The notes: generated by a model from the sequence alone, not told the origin. A stretch of DNA of 64,000 nt from Anaerolineae bacterium (GCA_040766655.1 JAXGQB010000013.1:31-64030); one strand, 5' to 3'; shown: positions 50,958 to 60,487, numbered from the stretch's first letter. Translations and numbers: made by a program.

Positions 50958-53333
50958 CTAGACGTGCTTCAAACCCAGCTTGCAGGCGCGATCGGACCCC
51001 TTCTGCCGCAGGTCGTGGCCGATCAGGACGCGCTCCAGGTTCGCCGGGAGATCCTGCACGCGGCGGCCAGTGGCGTGGTAGATCGCGTTGACGATGGCCG
51101 GTGCGGTGGGCACCATTGCGGGTTCGGCCACGTTCTTGGCTCCGAACGGTCCGGGGCTGAAGTACTTCTCCACGCAGTGCCCGTCGATATCGGGAACGTC
51201 CACCGCGGTGGGAATGAGATACTCGTCGAAGTTGGTGGCCTGCATGTAGCCCTGGTCGAACTCCACCCGCTCCATGAGCGCGTAGCCGAGCCCCTGGGTG
51301 ATCCCGCCGTAGATCTGCCCCAGGATGCCCTGCGGGAAGATCACGGTGCCGGTGTTGTGTGCGGCCCAGAGGCCGGTGACGTCCACCTTGCCCGTGCCCG
51401 TATCGACGGTCACCTCCGCCACCTGCGCGCCGTAGTGGTACGCGAAGTAGGGTTTGCCCGTGCCGTCCTCCATCGACCAATGGATCGAGGGCGCATCCCA
51501 CCGGCCGCGTGCAGACAGCGTCAGGCCCATCTCGCGCGCGTGATTTGCCACGTCGTCGAAGCTGGCCGGCTCCTCCTGCGGCCCGATGAAGAGCTCGCCG
51601 TCGCGCAGCACCTGCACCAGGCTGCACCCGAAGAGGTTGGCCGCGGCGTGGTGCAGCAGGCTATTGAGGCGTTCCGAGGTGATGCGCATTGCGTTGCCGC
51701 CCATCACAGTGGCGCGCGAGGCCACCGTGGGGCCGCTGCCGAGAGCCGTATCGGTGTCCGGCCGGTGCATGTGGAAGCGTTCCGGCTTGAGCCCGAGCAC
51801 CTCGGCCGCGATGAGCGTGAAGACCGTGCGCGAGCCCGGTCCGTAGTCGGTCAGGCCCGAGGTGAAGGTGATCGAGTTGTCGTCGTTGACCTGCATCGTG
51901 CTGACCGCGAAGTCGGCGCCCTCGGCGCCCAGGGAGATGCCGTGGAAACAACAGGCCACGCCGATGCCCCGGCGCACGGCCGCGCCCGGGTTGGGCGTGC
52001 CCAGCGTGGGCCGGCGGTTGGCCTCGCCGTACTCACGTCGTTTCCGATCCCAATCGGAGGCACGGCGCACGTGCTCCAGGCATTCGACCAGCGCGACGTC
52101 GTCGCCCAGGGGCTGGCCGTGCGCGGTCTCGTCGCCGGGCCGCAGGCAGTTCATCAGCCGCATGTCGATCGGGTCGATGTCCAGGCGATGTGCCAGGTCG
52201 TCGATGGCCTGCTCGATGCAGGCCGTGACCTCCGTGTTGCCGAAGCCGCGGAACGCGCCGGTGTACCCGTTGTTCGTATATGCCACGTGGGTGTCAACGT
52301 GGCACGCGTCATAGCGATACGAGCCCATGGCGTGAATGTTGCCGCGCCACGCGACGAACGGCGTGATCGCGGAGTACGCGCCGCTGTCCACCAGCAGGTT
52401 GACCTTGCTGGCGCGCAGTTTGCCGCTGCGGTCGGCCCCGAGCCGGATGTGCACCCGCATGGGATTGCGCTTGTAGGAGAAGATCATCGACTCTTCGCGG
52501 CTGAAGGTCATCTGGACGGGGCGGCCGGCGAGCAGCGCCAGCCTGGCCACCTGGCCGGTGGTCTGATAAATCTGGTCATCCTTGCCGCCGAACGCGCCAC
52601 CGACGGGCGGCTGGATCACGCGCACGTTCTCCTCGCCCAGGCCCAGGACACGGCACAGGTTGCCGCGATCGTTGAACGGGCTCTGGCTGGGCGAATAGAC
52701 CGTGACGCCGGTGCTGTCGGGCCAGGGAACGGCCAGCGCGGCTTCGGTCTCGATGTAGGCGTGCTCCTGGTGCGCGGTGCTATAGTGCTCGTCCAGCACG
52801 ACCTCGGCCGATGCCAGGATCGGGTCCGGGTCGCCGTTGCGGACGATGTGCTTCACCAGCAGGTTGCCGCGCGGCTCGGTCGGTGAATCCCAGGGCTGCT
52901 GGCCGACGAGGGGTGCGTCCGGCTTCAGCGCCTCTTCCGGGTCGAAGACGCCGGGCAGCGGATCGAGCTCCCAGATGATCGCGTCCAGGCCGGCTGCAAG
53001 CGCCTCTTCGGTCTCGGCAGCGACGGCCGCCATCGCTTCGCCCACGTAGCGGACGTGCTCGTGGGCCAGCATGTACATGTCCTGGACCGGATAGCCGAAG
53101 TTGCCGTGGTTGACGAAATCCTCGCCCGTGATGGCTGCCTTCACCCCCGGCACCTGCAGGGCCGGCGTCACGTCCAGGCGGACGATGCGTGCGTGCGGCA
53201 CGTCGCTGCGCAGGCAGCGCGCGACCAGGGTGCCCGGCAGACGATAGTCCGCCGTGTACTTGGCCGTTCCCAGGACCTTTTCCAGCGCGTCGACGCGGCG
53301 CGCCGGCTTGCCGACATACTTCAACTCAGCCAT
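50958..53333 (-). CDS. Xanthine dehydrogenase family molybdopterin-binding subunit (set 2)
   Basis: MAELKYVGKPARRVDALEKVLGTAKYTADY, GGAFGGKDD, AFRGFGNTE and GQIYGGITQGLGYALME. Confidence 0.85.
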   Translation of the reverse strand: MAELKYVGKPARRVDALEKVLGTAKYTADYRLPGTLVARCLRSDVPHARIVRLDVTPALQVPGVKAAITGEDFVNHGNFGYPVQDMYMLAHEHVRYVGEAMAAVAAETEEALAAGLDAIIWELDPLPGVFDPEEALKPDAPLVGQQPWDSPTEPRGNLLVKHIVRNGDPDPILASAEVVLDEHYSTAHQEHAYIETEAALAVPWPDSTGVTVYSPSQSPFNDRGNLCRVLGLGEENVRVIQPPVGGAFGGKDDQIYQTTGQVARLALLAGRPVQMTFSREESMIFSYKRNPMRVHIRLGADRSGKLRASKVNLLVDSGAYSAITPFVAWRGNIHAMGSYRYDACHVDTHVAYTNNGYTGAFRGFGNTEVTACIEQAIDDLAHRLDIDPIDMRLMNCLRPGDETAHGQPLGDDVALVECLEHVRRASDWDRKRREYGEANRRPTLGTPNPGAAVRRGIGVACCFHGISLGAEGADFAVSTMQVNDDNSITFTSGLTDYGPGSRTVFTLIAAEVLGLKPERFHMHRPDTDTALGSGPTVASRATVMGGNAMRITSERLNSLLHHAAANLFGCSLVQVLRDGELFIGPQEEPASFDDVANHAREMGLTLSARGRWDAPSIHWSMEDGTGKPYFAYHYGAQVAEVTVDTGTGKVDVTGLWAAHNTGTVIFPQGILGQIYGGITQGLGYALMERVEFDQGYMQATNFDEYLIPTAVDVPDIDGHCVEKYFSPGPFGAKNVAEPAMVPTAPAIVNAIYHATGRRVQDLPANLERVLIGHDLRQKGSDRACKLGLKHV

Positions 53334-53859
53334 GGGTGACCTCCTGGGAACGGGGACTGGGGATCGGGGATCGGGTATCGGTCGCCCCGGCGCCCTTGCG
53401 GCGATCTGCCGCCGTGACCTCGATAGCGTCGACGATCTGCTGATAGCCGGTGCAGCGGCACAGGTTGCCGGCGATGGCCTCGCGAATCTCGGCCCGGTCG
53501 GGCGTCAGGGTTTTCGCCAGCAGCGCCTCGCCTGCCAGGATCATGCCGGGGATGCAGTAGCCGCATTGCACCGCACCGTAATCGATGAAGTTCTGCTGCA
53601 GGTCGTTCGGTCCTCCGTCTGGTCCGCGGATCCCTTCGATGGTGACGACCTCGCGGCCGCCGGCCTGCGGCGCCAGAACCATGCACGAGTTCACCAGGCG
53701 GCCGTCCAGCAACACGCTGCACGCGCCGCACTCGCCGACGCCACATCCTTCCTTGGTCCCGGTGAGGTTCAGGTGATCGCGCAGGAGATGGAGCAGGCTG
53801 ATGTCAGCCGGAGCCTCGACACTGATCGGATGGCCGTTGAGCGTGAATTCGATTTTCAT
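53326..53859 (-). CDS. [2Fe-2S]-binding subunit (set 2)
   Basis: MKIEFTLNGHPI, GCGVGECGACSV, CGYCIPG and LCRCTGY. The C-terminal tail is encoded by a heptamer array and overlaps the Mo-subunit start. Confidence 0.9.
   Translation of the reverse strand: MKIEFTLNGHPISVEAPADISLLHLLRDHLNLTGTKEGCGVGECGACSVLLDGRLVNSCMVLAPQAGGREVVTIEGIRGPDGGPNDLQQNFIDYGAVQCGYCIPGMILAGEALLAKTLTPDRAEIREAIAGNLCRCTGYQQIVDAIEVTAADRRKGAGATDTRSPIPSPRSQEVTHG
53350..53381. repeat. GGGGACT/GGGGATC heptamers in the 3' end of the FeS gene
   Basis: acggggactggggatcggggatcgggtatcgg. Confidence 0.85.
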
Positions 53860-54746
53860 GCAAGCTGCTCCTCGTCTGCGAGGTTGAAGACGGACATGAG
53901 TGCGCGCGCCACCATGGCCTGCAGGGCAGGTTCCTTGAACTCGCTGGACCAGCGTTTCCCCGTGACCTCCAGCATCTCGGCGACCGCGGCCTGGCCGGCT
54001 TCCTGGCAGAGGGCGACGGAGGGCGCCTGGCCGAGCATGTGTGCCTCAGTCTGTGAGAAACGATGGATATGTGGCGTGGCAGAGCCGGGCGCGATCCGCA
54101 CCTCGGCGATGCGGCCCTGGCCGTCGAGGCGGCCCAGCGCAGCAACCGTCAGGCGGGAGATGGCCATCGCGTTGCGCCGGCCCAGCTTCAGAAACACGCC
54201 GCGGCTGCCCCGCGCTGGCACGAGGTAGCTCAGCGCGGTCAGCAGGCCGCCGGGCGGGAGCTGGGTGCGATTCGGCCGGGTGACGAAGTCGGCTACCGGC
54301 CACGCCAGCTCTTCGGTGGGGGTGACGACATGCGCAACTGCATCCAGGCAGACCAGCGCAGGCAGCGAATCGGCGCAGGCGGCCGCGTTGGCGACGTTCC
54401 CGCCCAGGGTGCCCATGTTGCGAATCTGTGTCGCGCCCACCGAATGGCAGGCGTCGCTCAGCAGGGGCGCGGTCTCGCGCACGAGCGCGGATGCGACGAT
54501 CTCGCTGAACGTTGCCCCTGCACCGATCTGCACATGATCTCCCGCGCCGTTGGTGACGCGGCGGATCTCGTGCAGCTCCGGCACGAGCGTAATATCCACC
54601 ACCCGATCGCAAAGGTTGCGTTGTTCGCGCGCCAGCAGCACCAGGTCGGTGCCGCCCGCCAGCACGCGGCTGCGCACGCCCGGAGCGTTCAGCAGCGTCA
54701 CGGCGTGCGGGATGCTCTCTGCCCGCACGTAGCTAAATCGTTCCAT
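53856..54746 (-). CDS. FAD-binding subunit (CoxM/XdhB-like, set 2)
   Basis: ATG 54746 gives MERFSYVRAESIPHAV, with AGGTDLVLLARE and IRNMGTLGGNVANA. A GAGGGA RBS is present. Confidence 0.85.
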   Translation of the reverse strand: MERFSYVRAESIPHAVTLLNAPGVRSRVLAGGTDLVLLAREQRNLCDRVVDITLVPELHEIRRVTNGAGDHVQIGAGATFSEIVASALVRETAPLLSDACHSVGATQIRNMGTLGGNVANAAACADSLPALVCLDAVAHVVTPTEELAWPVADFVTRPNRTQLPPGGLLTALSYLVPARGSRGVFLKLGRRNAMAISRLTVAALGRLDGQGRIAEVRIAPGSATPHIHRFSQTEAHMLGQAPSVALCQEAGQAAVAEMLEVTGKRWSSEFKEPALQAMVARALMSVFNLADEEQLA

Positions 54747-55608
54747 GCTCGGCTCCCTCTTGGTGTTTCTGATCCGACACCGCATTGCCCTCGCGCGAGG
54801 GTTCCCCGAAGGTTGCCCCGGAGCGGACGATGCGGCGGACGATCTTGAAGTTATAGCAGTCGGTCACGAAGTAGTTTCGGAAAAATGCCACGGGCACATG
54901 CTTGTCGCTGAAAACCGTCTCTGCCAGGTTCAGGATTGCCTTGCCCTCCGCCACGCCAAGTCGCGCCGCGAGCGCCCCGTCCGCCTCGACCGCATACAGC
55001 TCCGAGCGGGAGTATGAGACCGGCAGCTCCGTGTATTGGCATAGAAACTCGAGCAGCGATCCCTGACCGTCAGACAGCTGTTCCAGGGTCACCCATCGCC
55101 GGTCGATCAGCCCATCCAGGTACGCGACGGGCCGGTCGTCGAGGGCATTCGTGATCTCGACCCGCACGAGCTCGCTGCCCGGCGCCACCTGAAGCGCCTC
55201 GGCAACGGATTCATCGGCCCCCACCAGGCTCACCGAGCGATCCATCACGACCACCGATGCGCCGGCGAGCTCGGCGACCGAGCGAAAACTGGCCAGTCGC
55301 TCCAACCCGCTGGAGATGTGGTTGGTGTGTGGCGCCACAAAGGTGCCGATTCCGTGCTTGCGGACGATGAATCCGTCCTTCTCCAGGTAGCCCAGCGCCT
55401 CGCGCAGCGTCGAGCGCGAGACGCCCAGGTATGCGGCGAGCTCTCCCTCCGAAGGCAGCGACTGGCCGGCCGTGTACACGCCCGATTCGATCAGTTCATA
55501 CAATGCATCAACGGCCCAGATATACAGCGGTCGCGCAATCGGACGCGGACGGGGGCCAGTTGCCTGGCGCGGGTCAGATATCTGGCCTCTAGGCAGTCGT
55601 GGCAACAT
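54733..55608 (-). CDS. GntR family transcriptional regulator (HutC-like with UTRA-type effector domain)
   Basis: Winged HTH LPSEGELAAYLGVSRSTLREALGYLEKDGFIVRKHGIGTFV. It is embedded between the transporter and hydroxylase genes. Confidence 0.8.
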   Translation of the reverse strand: MLPRLPRGQISDPRQATGPRPRPIARPLYIWAVDALYELIESGVYTAGQSLPSEGELAAYLGVSRSTLREALGYLEKDGFIVRKHGIGTFVAPHTNHISSGLERLASFRSVAELAGASVVVMDRSVSLVGADESVAEALQVAPGSELVRVEITNALDDRPVAYLDGLIDRRWVTLEQLSDGQGSLLEFLCQYTELPVSYSRSELYAVEADGALAARLGVAEGKAILNLAETVFSDKHVPVAFFRNYFVTDCYNFKIVRRIVRSGATFGEPSREGNAVSDQKHQEGAEHGTI

Positions 55609-57175
55609 GAGCCGGCTGCTCCCCAGTTCCCAGGGCCTCGTCCATGGGCACGCCGGCCATCATCAGGCCAAGCTGCTCGATGGTGGCCTGGTCCCGATTC
55701 ACCACGCCGATGATCTGGCCCTCGTAGATGACCGCAATGCGATCGGACAGCGCGCGGATCTCATCCAGGTCCTCGGAGATCAGCAGCACCGCTTTGCCCT
55801 CCGCGCGTTGTTGCAGCAGGCGCTGGTGGATGTACTCCGTCGCACCGATGTCGACGCCGCGCGATGGCTGCGCCGCAATCAGGACCTTGGGCCCCCGCGA
55901 GAGCTCACGGGCCATGATCGCCTTCTGGATATTGCCGCCGGAAAGGTTCTTGATGGGCGTGTCGAGTCCGGGCGTCTTCACTGCAAATTCCTTGATCAGC
56001 GATTTGGCGTGCGCGGCCATCTTGCCGAAATCCATGAAGACGCCACGCGTGAACTGTGGTGAGGCGTGGTCCAGCAGGAAGAGGTTCTCCTGCACCGAGA
56101 ATTCCTTGATCGCGCCGTCACGCATGCGCTCTTCGGGAATGAAGGCCTGGCCGGCCTTCAGCCGATCATGCACCGAGGCGTGTGTCAGGTCCACGCCGTC
56201 GACGATGATGTTGCCCGCGGTCACCTTGCGCATGCCGCCCAGGCAGCCGGCCAGTTCGCGCTGCCCGTTGCCCGATACGCCGGCCATGCCGAGGATCTCT
56301 CCCTCCCGGATCTCCAGGTCGACGCCGCGCAGCGCTTCCACGCCGCGGTCGCCCATGGCACGCAGCCCTTTGAGCTGGAGGAGCGGCTTGCCGGGCTTCT
56401 GTGGCGGAGGCGCGATGCGCTTGATCTCACGCCCGACCATCATGGTCGCCAGCTGGTCGCGGGTGACGTCCTTCGTCGCCACCTCGCCGCTGAACTTGCC
56501 GTCCCGCAGCACGGTGATCCGGTCGCTGATCGCCAGCACCTCGTAGAGCTTATGCGAGATAAAGACCAGCCCGTGTCCTTCCTTGACCATGCGCTTGAAT
56601 GTCACGAACAGGTCGTTGACTTCCTGCGGGGTCAGAACGGCAGTGGGCTCGTCCAGAATAATCATGGCTGCGCCGCGGTAGAGTGCCTTCAAAATCTCTA
56701 CGCGCTGCTGTTCGCCTACGGAGAGCTGCCAGATGTAGGCGTCAGGGTGTACTTTGAGGCCATACTCCTCCGAAAGCTCGCGCACACGCTTCTCGACCCG
56801 ATCGAGATCCAGAAGTGGTTCGCGTGAGGAGTGGAGCCCCAGTGCGACGTTCTCCGTCACGGTCAGCGTGGGGACCAGCATGAAGTGCTGGTGGATCATG
56901 CCGATGCCGGCGGCGATCGCATCGGCTGGGGAATTGAAGACGACCGGCTTGCCGTCGATGAGGATCTCGCCTTCGTCAGGCTTATAAAGGCCAAAGAGCT
57001 GGCGCATGAGCGTGCTCTTTCCTGCGCCATTTTCGCCCAACAGGGCATGCACTTCGCCGGCATTGACGTCAAAACAGACCTTGTCGTTTGCCAGCACGCC
57101 AGGGAAGCGCTTGACAATATCGCACATCTCGATGCGCTGGATGCTTTTGAAACTCTGACCCGCTGGATTGTTCAT
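55589..57175 (-). CDS. ABC transporter ATP-binding protein, duplicated ATPase (nucleoside/sugar CUT2 type)
   Basis: GENGAGKSTLM with LSVGEQQRVEI, then GVSGNGQRELA with LSGGNIQKAIMAREL. Confidence 0.9.
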   Translation of the reverse strand: MNNPAGQSFKSIQRIEMCDIVKRFPGVLANDKVCFDVNAGEVHALLGENGAGKSTLMRQLFGLYKPDEGEILIDGKPVVFNSPADAIAAGIGMIHQHFMLVPTLTVTENVALGLHSSREPLLDLDRVEKRVRELSEEYGLKVHPDAYIWQLSVGEQQRVEILKALYRGAAMIILDEPTAVLTPQEVNDLFVTFKRMVKEGHGLVFISHKLYEVLAISDRITVLRDGKFSGEVATKDVTRDQLATMMVGREIKRIAPPPQKPGKPLLQLKGLRAMGDRGVEALRGVDLEIREGEILGMAGVSGNGQRELAGCLGGMRKVTAGNIIVDGVDLTHASVHDRLKAGQAFIPEERMRDGAIKEFSVQENLFLLDHASPQFTRGVFMDFGKMAAHAKSLIKEFAVKTPGLDTPIKNLSGGNIQKAIMARELSRGPKVLIAAQPSRGVDIGATEYIHQRLLQQRAEGKAVLLISEDLDEIRALSDRIAVIYEGQIIGVVNRDQATIEQLGLMMAGVPMDEALGTGEQPAHVATTA

Positions 57176-57213
57176 CTTTCACTCCTGGCCTGGCGGCGCC
57201 CCGTCGGACGCGT

Positions 57214-57333
57214 TGGTTGCAGGTTCTAAGGTTGAAAGTTGCAGGTTGTGTGCTCGGAGGCGCTCCTCGGTTGAAGGTTGAACGTCTGCTACAGAACTTT
57301 CAACCTTCAACCTGCAACCTGCAACCTTCAACC
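57214..57333. repeat. Inverted GGTTGCA/GGTTGAA arrays forming a long intercistronic hairpin
   Basis: ggttgcaggttctaaggttgaaagttgcaggttg...ggttgaaggttgaacg...ctttcaaccttcaacctgcaacctgcaaccttcaacc. Confidence 0.95.
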
Positions 57334-57352
57334 GGTGACTGGTCGTTCGGGT

Positions 57353-58354
57353 TTAGGGTTCGACCTTGATGGCCCCGCTCTTGATGCCCTCGATCGCGGC
57401 CTCGGCGGCCTGCTTGACATCGTCGGGCAGCTGATATGCCGAATTGTAGGCGATCTTCAGCCCGCCGTTCTTCAGCTCCAGAACGAAAGCTTCTCCGCCC
57501 AACTTGCCGTCCTTGCGGTTGGCAATCATCTGCTTCAGGATCCCGGTCCAGTCATACTGCTGGCTGGCGACCACGTTCTCCGGGGCGAGCGTAGCCTGGT
57601 CCTGCTGCGTGCCGAACCACATCACGCTGCCCGCTTCCTTCGCCGCGCCGACGGAGCCAACGACCGACTGAGAGGAGCCGGTCAACACATCCGCGCCGGC
57701 TGCGATGTGGGTCTTGGCGGCCTCGGTCATCAGCGCGACGTCCGAGAACGAGCCGGTCCAGGTCTTCGCAAGCTTGAGGCCGGGATCGGTGGCAGTCACG
57801 CCCTGCACGAAGCCGTCGACGTACGTCTTGGCATCGCCCGCTTCCACGGGGCCGGTCACGCCGATTACCTTGGTCTTGGAGAGCATCGCGGCCATGACGC
57901 CGTTGACGTACCCGCCCTGCTCCGCCGCGGCCGTGTACGCGTAGACGTTAGGCATGCCGAACGTATTCACCTCGGTGCCCCAGGCGAAGGTCGTCTTGGG
58001 GAAGTCCGGGGCGATCTCCTGGACCGACGAGCCGTACTGCGAGCCGTGGCCGAGCACGATGTCGAAGCCCTGGCTGGCATAATCGCGGATGGCAGCTGCC
58101 GCGTCCGCCACCTTGAACATGTTCTCCGAGTACTTCAGCTCGACTGCGGCCTCGCCGCCCATCTCGGCCTGGATGCTCTTCAGTGCATCCCACATCGATT
58201 GGCTGAAGGCCAGGTCGGTCGTGGCGCTGGGCATCACCACTGCGATTCGTAGCGGCTTGTCGCCGGTCTGTCCACCGGTGGTCGCTGCGCCACCGCCGCA
58301 TGCGGTGAGCAGTGCGAGCACCATCACGAGAGCGAACAACGTGCGAAACTTCAT
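57353..58354 (-). CDS. BMP-family (PnrA/Med-like) ABC substrate-binding lipoprotein, likely purine/nucleoside-binding
   Basis: ATG 58354 gives MKFRTLFALVMVLALLTAC, a lipobox. A AVVMPSATTDLAFSQS type BMP fold pattern follows. The track start 58474 reads through a heptamer array. Confidence 0.8.
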   Translation of the reverse strand: MKFRTLFALVMVLALLTACGGGAATTGGQTGDKPLRIAVVMPSATTDLAFSQSMWDALKSIQAEMGGEAAVELKYSENMFKVADAAAAIRDYASQGFDIVLGHGSQYGSSVQEIAPDFPKTTFAWGTEVNTFGMPNVYAYTAAAEQGGYVNGVMAAMLSKTKVIGVTGPVEAGDAKTYVDGFVQGVTATDPGLKLAKTWTGSFSDVALMTEAAKTHIAAGADVLTGSSQSVVGSVGAAKEAGSVMWFGTQQDQATLAPENVVASQQYDWTGILKQMIANRKDGKLGGEAFVLELKNGGLKIAYNSAYQLPDDVKQAAEAAIEGIKSGAIKVEP

Positions 58355-58370
58355 TCTGTGTTCTCCTTTT

Positions 58371-58419
58371 CTGGATACTGGTTGCTGGATACTAGATACT
58401 GGATACTGATCACTGGATG
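58371..58419. repeat. GGATACT heptamer array (intercistronic)
   Basis: ctggatactggttgctggatactagatactggatactgatcactggatg. Confidence 0.9.
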
Positions 58420-58427
58420 TTGTTGTC

Positions 58428-59360
58428 TTAGTGTGCTCCTCGTTCGAAGGGTTTGTTGAGTGCGGCCGGGCCACGCACCCGGCTCACCGTCAGCGCCAGG
58501 GCGACGATGGTGAGCAGGTAGGGCAGCATCACGGCCACGTCGGACGGAATCGGAACGTTGAGGACCTGCATCCAAAGCTGGAACGCGTTGACCGTGCTGA
58601 AGAGCAGCGCGCCCAACATGATGCCCAGCGGCCGCCAGCCGCCGAAGTAGACCAACGCCACGGCGATGAAGCCCTGGCCCGCGGTCAGGTTCTCCTGGAA
58701 CAGGTTGACCAGCGCCAGCGACAGCGATGCGCCGGCCAGCCCGGCCAGCAGCGCGCCGGTGACGGTGCCCACGTAACGCACACGATCGACGTTCACGCCC
58801 AGCGAGTCCGCGGCCGCGGGCGTCTGTCCGACGGCCTTGAGGCGCAACCCCCACGTGGTCTTGTCCAGGATGAACCACGCGATCGGCACCAGCAGGAACG
58901 CGCCGTATACGGGCAGGCTCTGGTTGAAGGCGATATCGCCGATGTAGGGGATATCACCGAGCAGCGGGAGCTTGATAGGCTGGAAGCCCGTGATGGTCTT
59001 CACCGTGCCGATGGTCGTCTTGAACAGAAGGCTGGAGAGCCCGAGGCCGAACATGTAGAGACCGATGCCGCTGATGCCCTGTTCGGCCTTCAGGGTGACG
59101 CTGATGAAGGCCATGAGGAGGCCCATCAACACGCCGATCAGCGCGCCGGCCAGCAGGCCCAGCCACAGATTGCCCGTGTTCAAGGCGATGAAGAAGGCGC
59201 CGTAGGCGCTCATCAGCATGATGCCGTCCACGCCCAGGTTGACGACGCCCGACAGCTCCGCGATCGCTTCGCCGATGCCCGCATACAGATACGGCGTCGC
59301 CAGGCGCACGGCCGAGGTGAGAATGCCGACGATGATTGCGGCAGTCGTGAGCTCATTCAT
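58428..59360 (-). CDS. ABC transporter permease (BMP-system, second permease)
   Basis: Polytopic membrane protein of the branched-chain/ribose-type permease fold. Its start overlaps the upstream gene's stop. Confidence 0.85.
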   Translation of the reverse strand: MNELTTAAIIVGILTSAVRLATPYLYAGIGEAIAELSGVVNLGVDGIMLMSAYGAFFIALNTGNLWLGLLAGALIGVLMGLLMAFISVTLKAEQGISGIGLYMFGLGLSSLLFKTTIGTVKTITGFQPIKLPLLGDIPYIGDIAFNQSLPVYGAFLLVPIAWFILDKTTWGLRLKAVGQTPAAADSLGVNVDRVRYVGTVTGALLAGLAGASLSLALVNLFQENLTAGQGFIAVALVYFGGWRPLGIMLGALLFSTVNAFQLWMQVLNVPIPSDVAVMLPYLLTIVALALTVSRVRGPAALNKPFERGAH

Positions 59361-60487
59361 GAGTGAGCCTCCAGCTTCTTAGCCATTTCGATTGTCCGGC
59401 GGGTGGCGAGGCGGCGTGACCAGACCTGCGAGCCGATGACCAACAGCACGATCAGGCCCAGCAGGGAGTCGATCAGCGAGGCCGGCACCTGGACGGCCCG
59501 CTGCATCATATCGGCGCCGACGAGCAGGCTGCCGAAGAGCCACGACGCGGGGATCAGGCCAAGCGGGTGCAGTCCGCCGAAGAGTGCGGCCACGATGCCC
59601 GTGAAGCCATAGCCGCTCGTGACGCCCTCGAGGAGCCGGTGCTGCACGCCGATCACCTCGACCACGCCGGCCAGGCCAGCGAACCCGCCCGCGAGCGTCA
59701 GCGACAAGGCCTGGTAGAACGGCACGGGGATGCCGGCGTACTTGGAGGCTTCCGGGCTGAGGCCCACTGCCCGGATCCGGTAGCCGATCGTCGTGCGCCA
59801 CAGGAAGATGTAGACCAATACTGCGAGCACCACCGCAATGATGGCGCCGCTATGCAACTGGGTCTGTGGGATCCGGCCAAGCCAGACCTGTGTCGGCAGG
59901 CGATCGGACTGGTGGATGAAGGTTCCGGCGGCCACGCCCGCGGGATCGATCAGCGGGCCGCGAAGGAGCAGGTTCATGAGCTGGAGGCCGATGGCGTTCA
60001 TCATCACCGTGCTGAGGATCTCGTTCACGTTCAGACGGGCCTTGAGGATGCCCGGGATGAACCCCCAGAACGCGCCGGCAAGGAAGCCCATGATCATGGT
60101 CGCGGGGATCAGGAGCAAGCCGGGCCAGGTGCGGAACTGCAGCGAGAACCACGTGGCCATCAGGGCGCCGGCGATGATCTGGCCCTCGCCGCCGATGTTG
60201 AGCACGCTGGCGCGGAATGCGATGCAGATGCCCAGGCCCACGAGGAGCAGCGGCGTGGCCTTGACCAGCGACTGCGTGAAGCCATAGAAGCTGCCAAAGA
60301 CGCCTTTGACCATGGTGGCATACGCGGTCACGGGGTTCGCGCGCAGCAGCAGCAGCATGACTGCCCCTATCACCAGCGCGACCAGGATCGCCAGGATGGG
60401 CGAGGCGGCTCTGAGCAGGAGTCCCTGCCAGTCGAACGCCGGCTTGCGAGCCGGGCGCAGGGTGTCAGTGGCCGGATCTGATGGCAT
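59357..60487 (-). CDS. ABC transporter permease (BMP-system, first permease)
   Basis: Polytopic membrane protein. A GGAGGT RBS lies upstream of ATG 60487. Confidence 0.85.
   Translation of the reverse strand: MPSDPATDTLRPARKPAFDWQGLLLRAASPILAILVALVIGAVMLLLLRANPVTAYATMVKGVFGSFYGFTQSLVKATPLLLVGLGICIAFRASVLNIGGEGQIIAGALMATWFSLQFRTWPGLLLIPATMIMGFLAGAFWGFIPGILKARLNVNEILSTVMMNAIGLQLMNLLLRGPLIDPAGVAAGTFIHQSDRLPTQVWLGRIPQTQLHSGAIIAVVLAVLVYIFLWRTTIGYRIRAVGLSPEASKYAGIPVPFYQALSLTLAGGFAGLAGVVEVIGVQHRLLEGVTSGYGFTGIVAALFGGLHPLGLIPASWLFGSLLVGADMMQRAVQVPASLIDSLLGLIVLLVIGSQVWSRRLATRRTIEMAKKLEAHS

Noticed and set aside
18205-53381. Inteins or group I/II introns as an explanation for the in-frame insertions.
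   Set aside because: The insertions are 10-75 codons of low-complexity repeat sequence. They have no intein splicing blocks, no homing endonuclease, and no intron catalytic-domain or reverse-transcriptase features.
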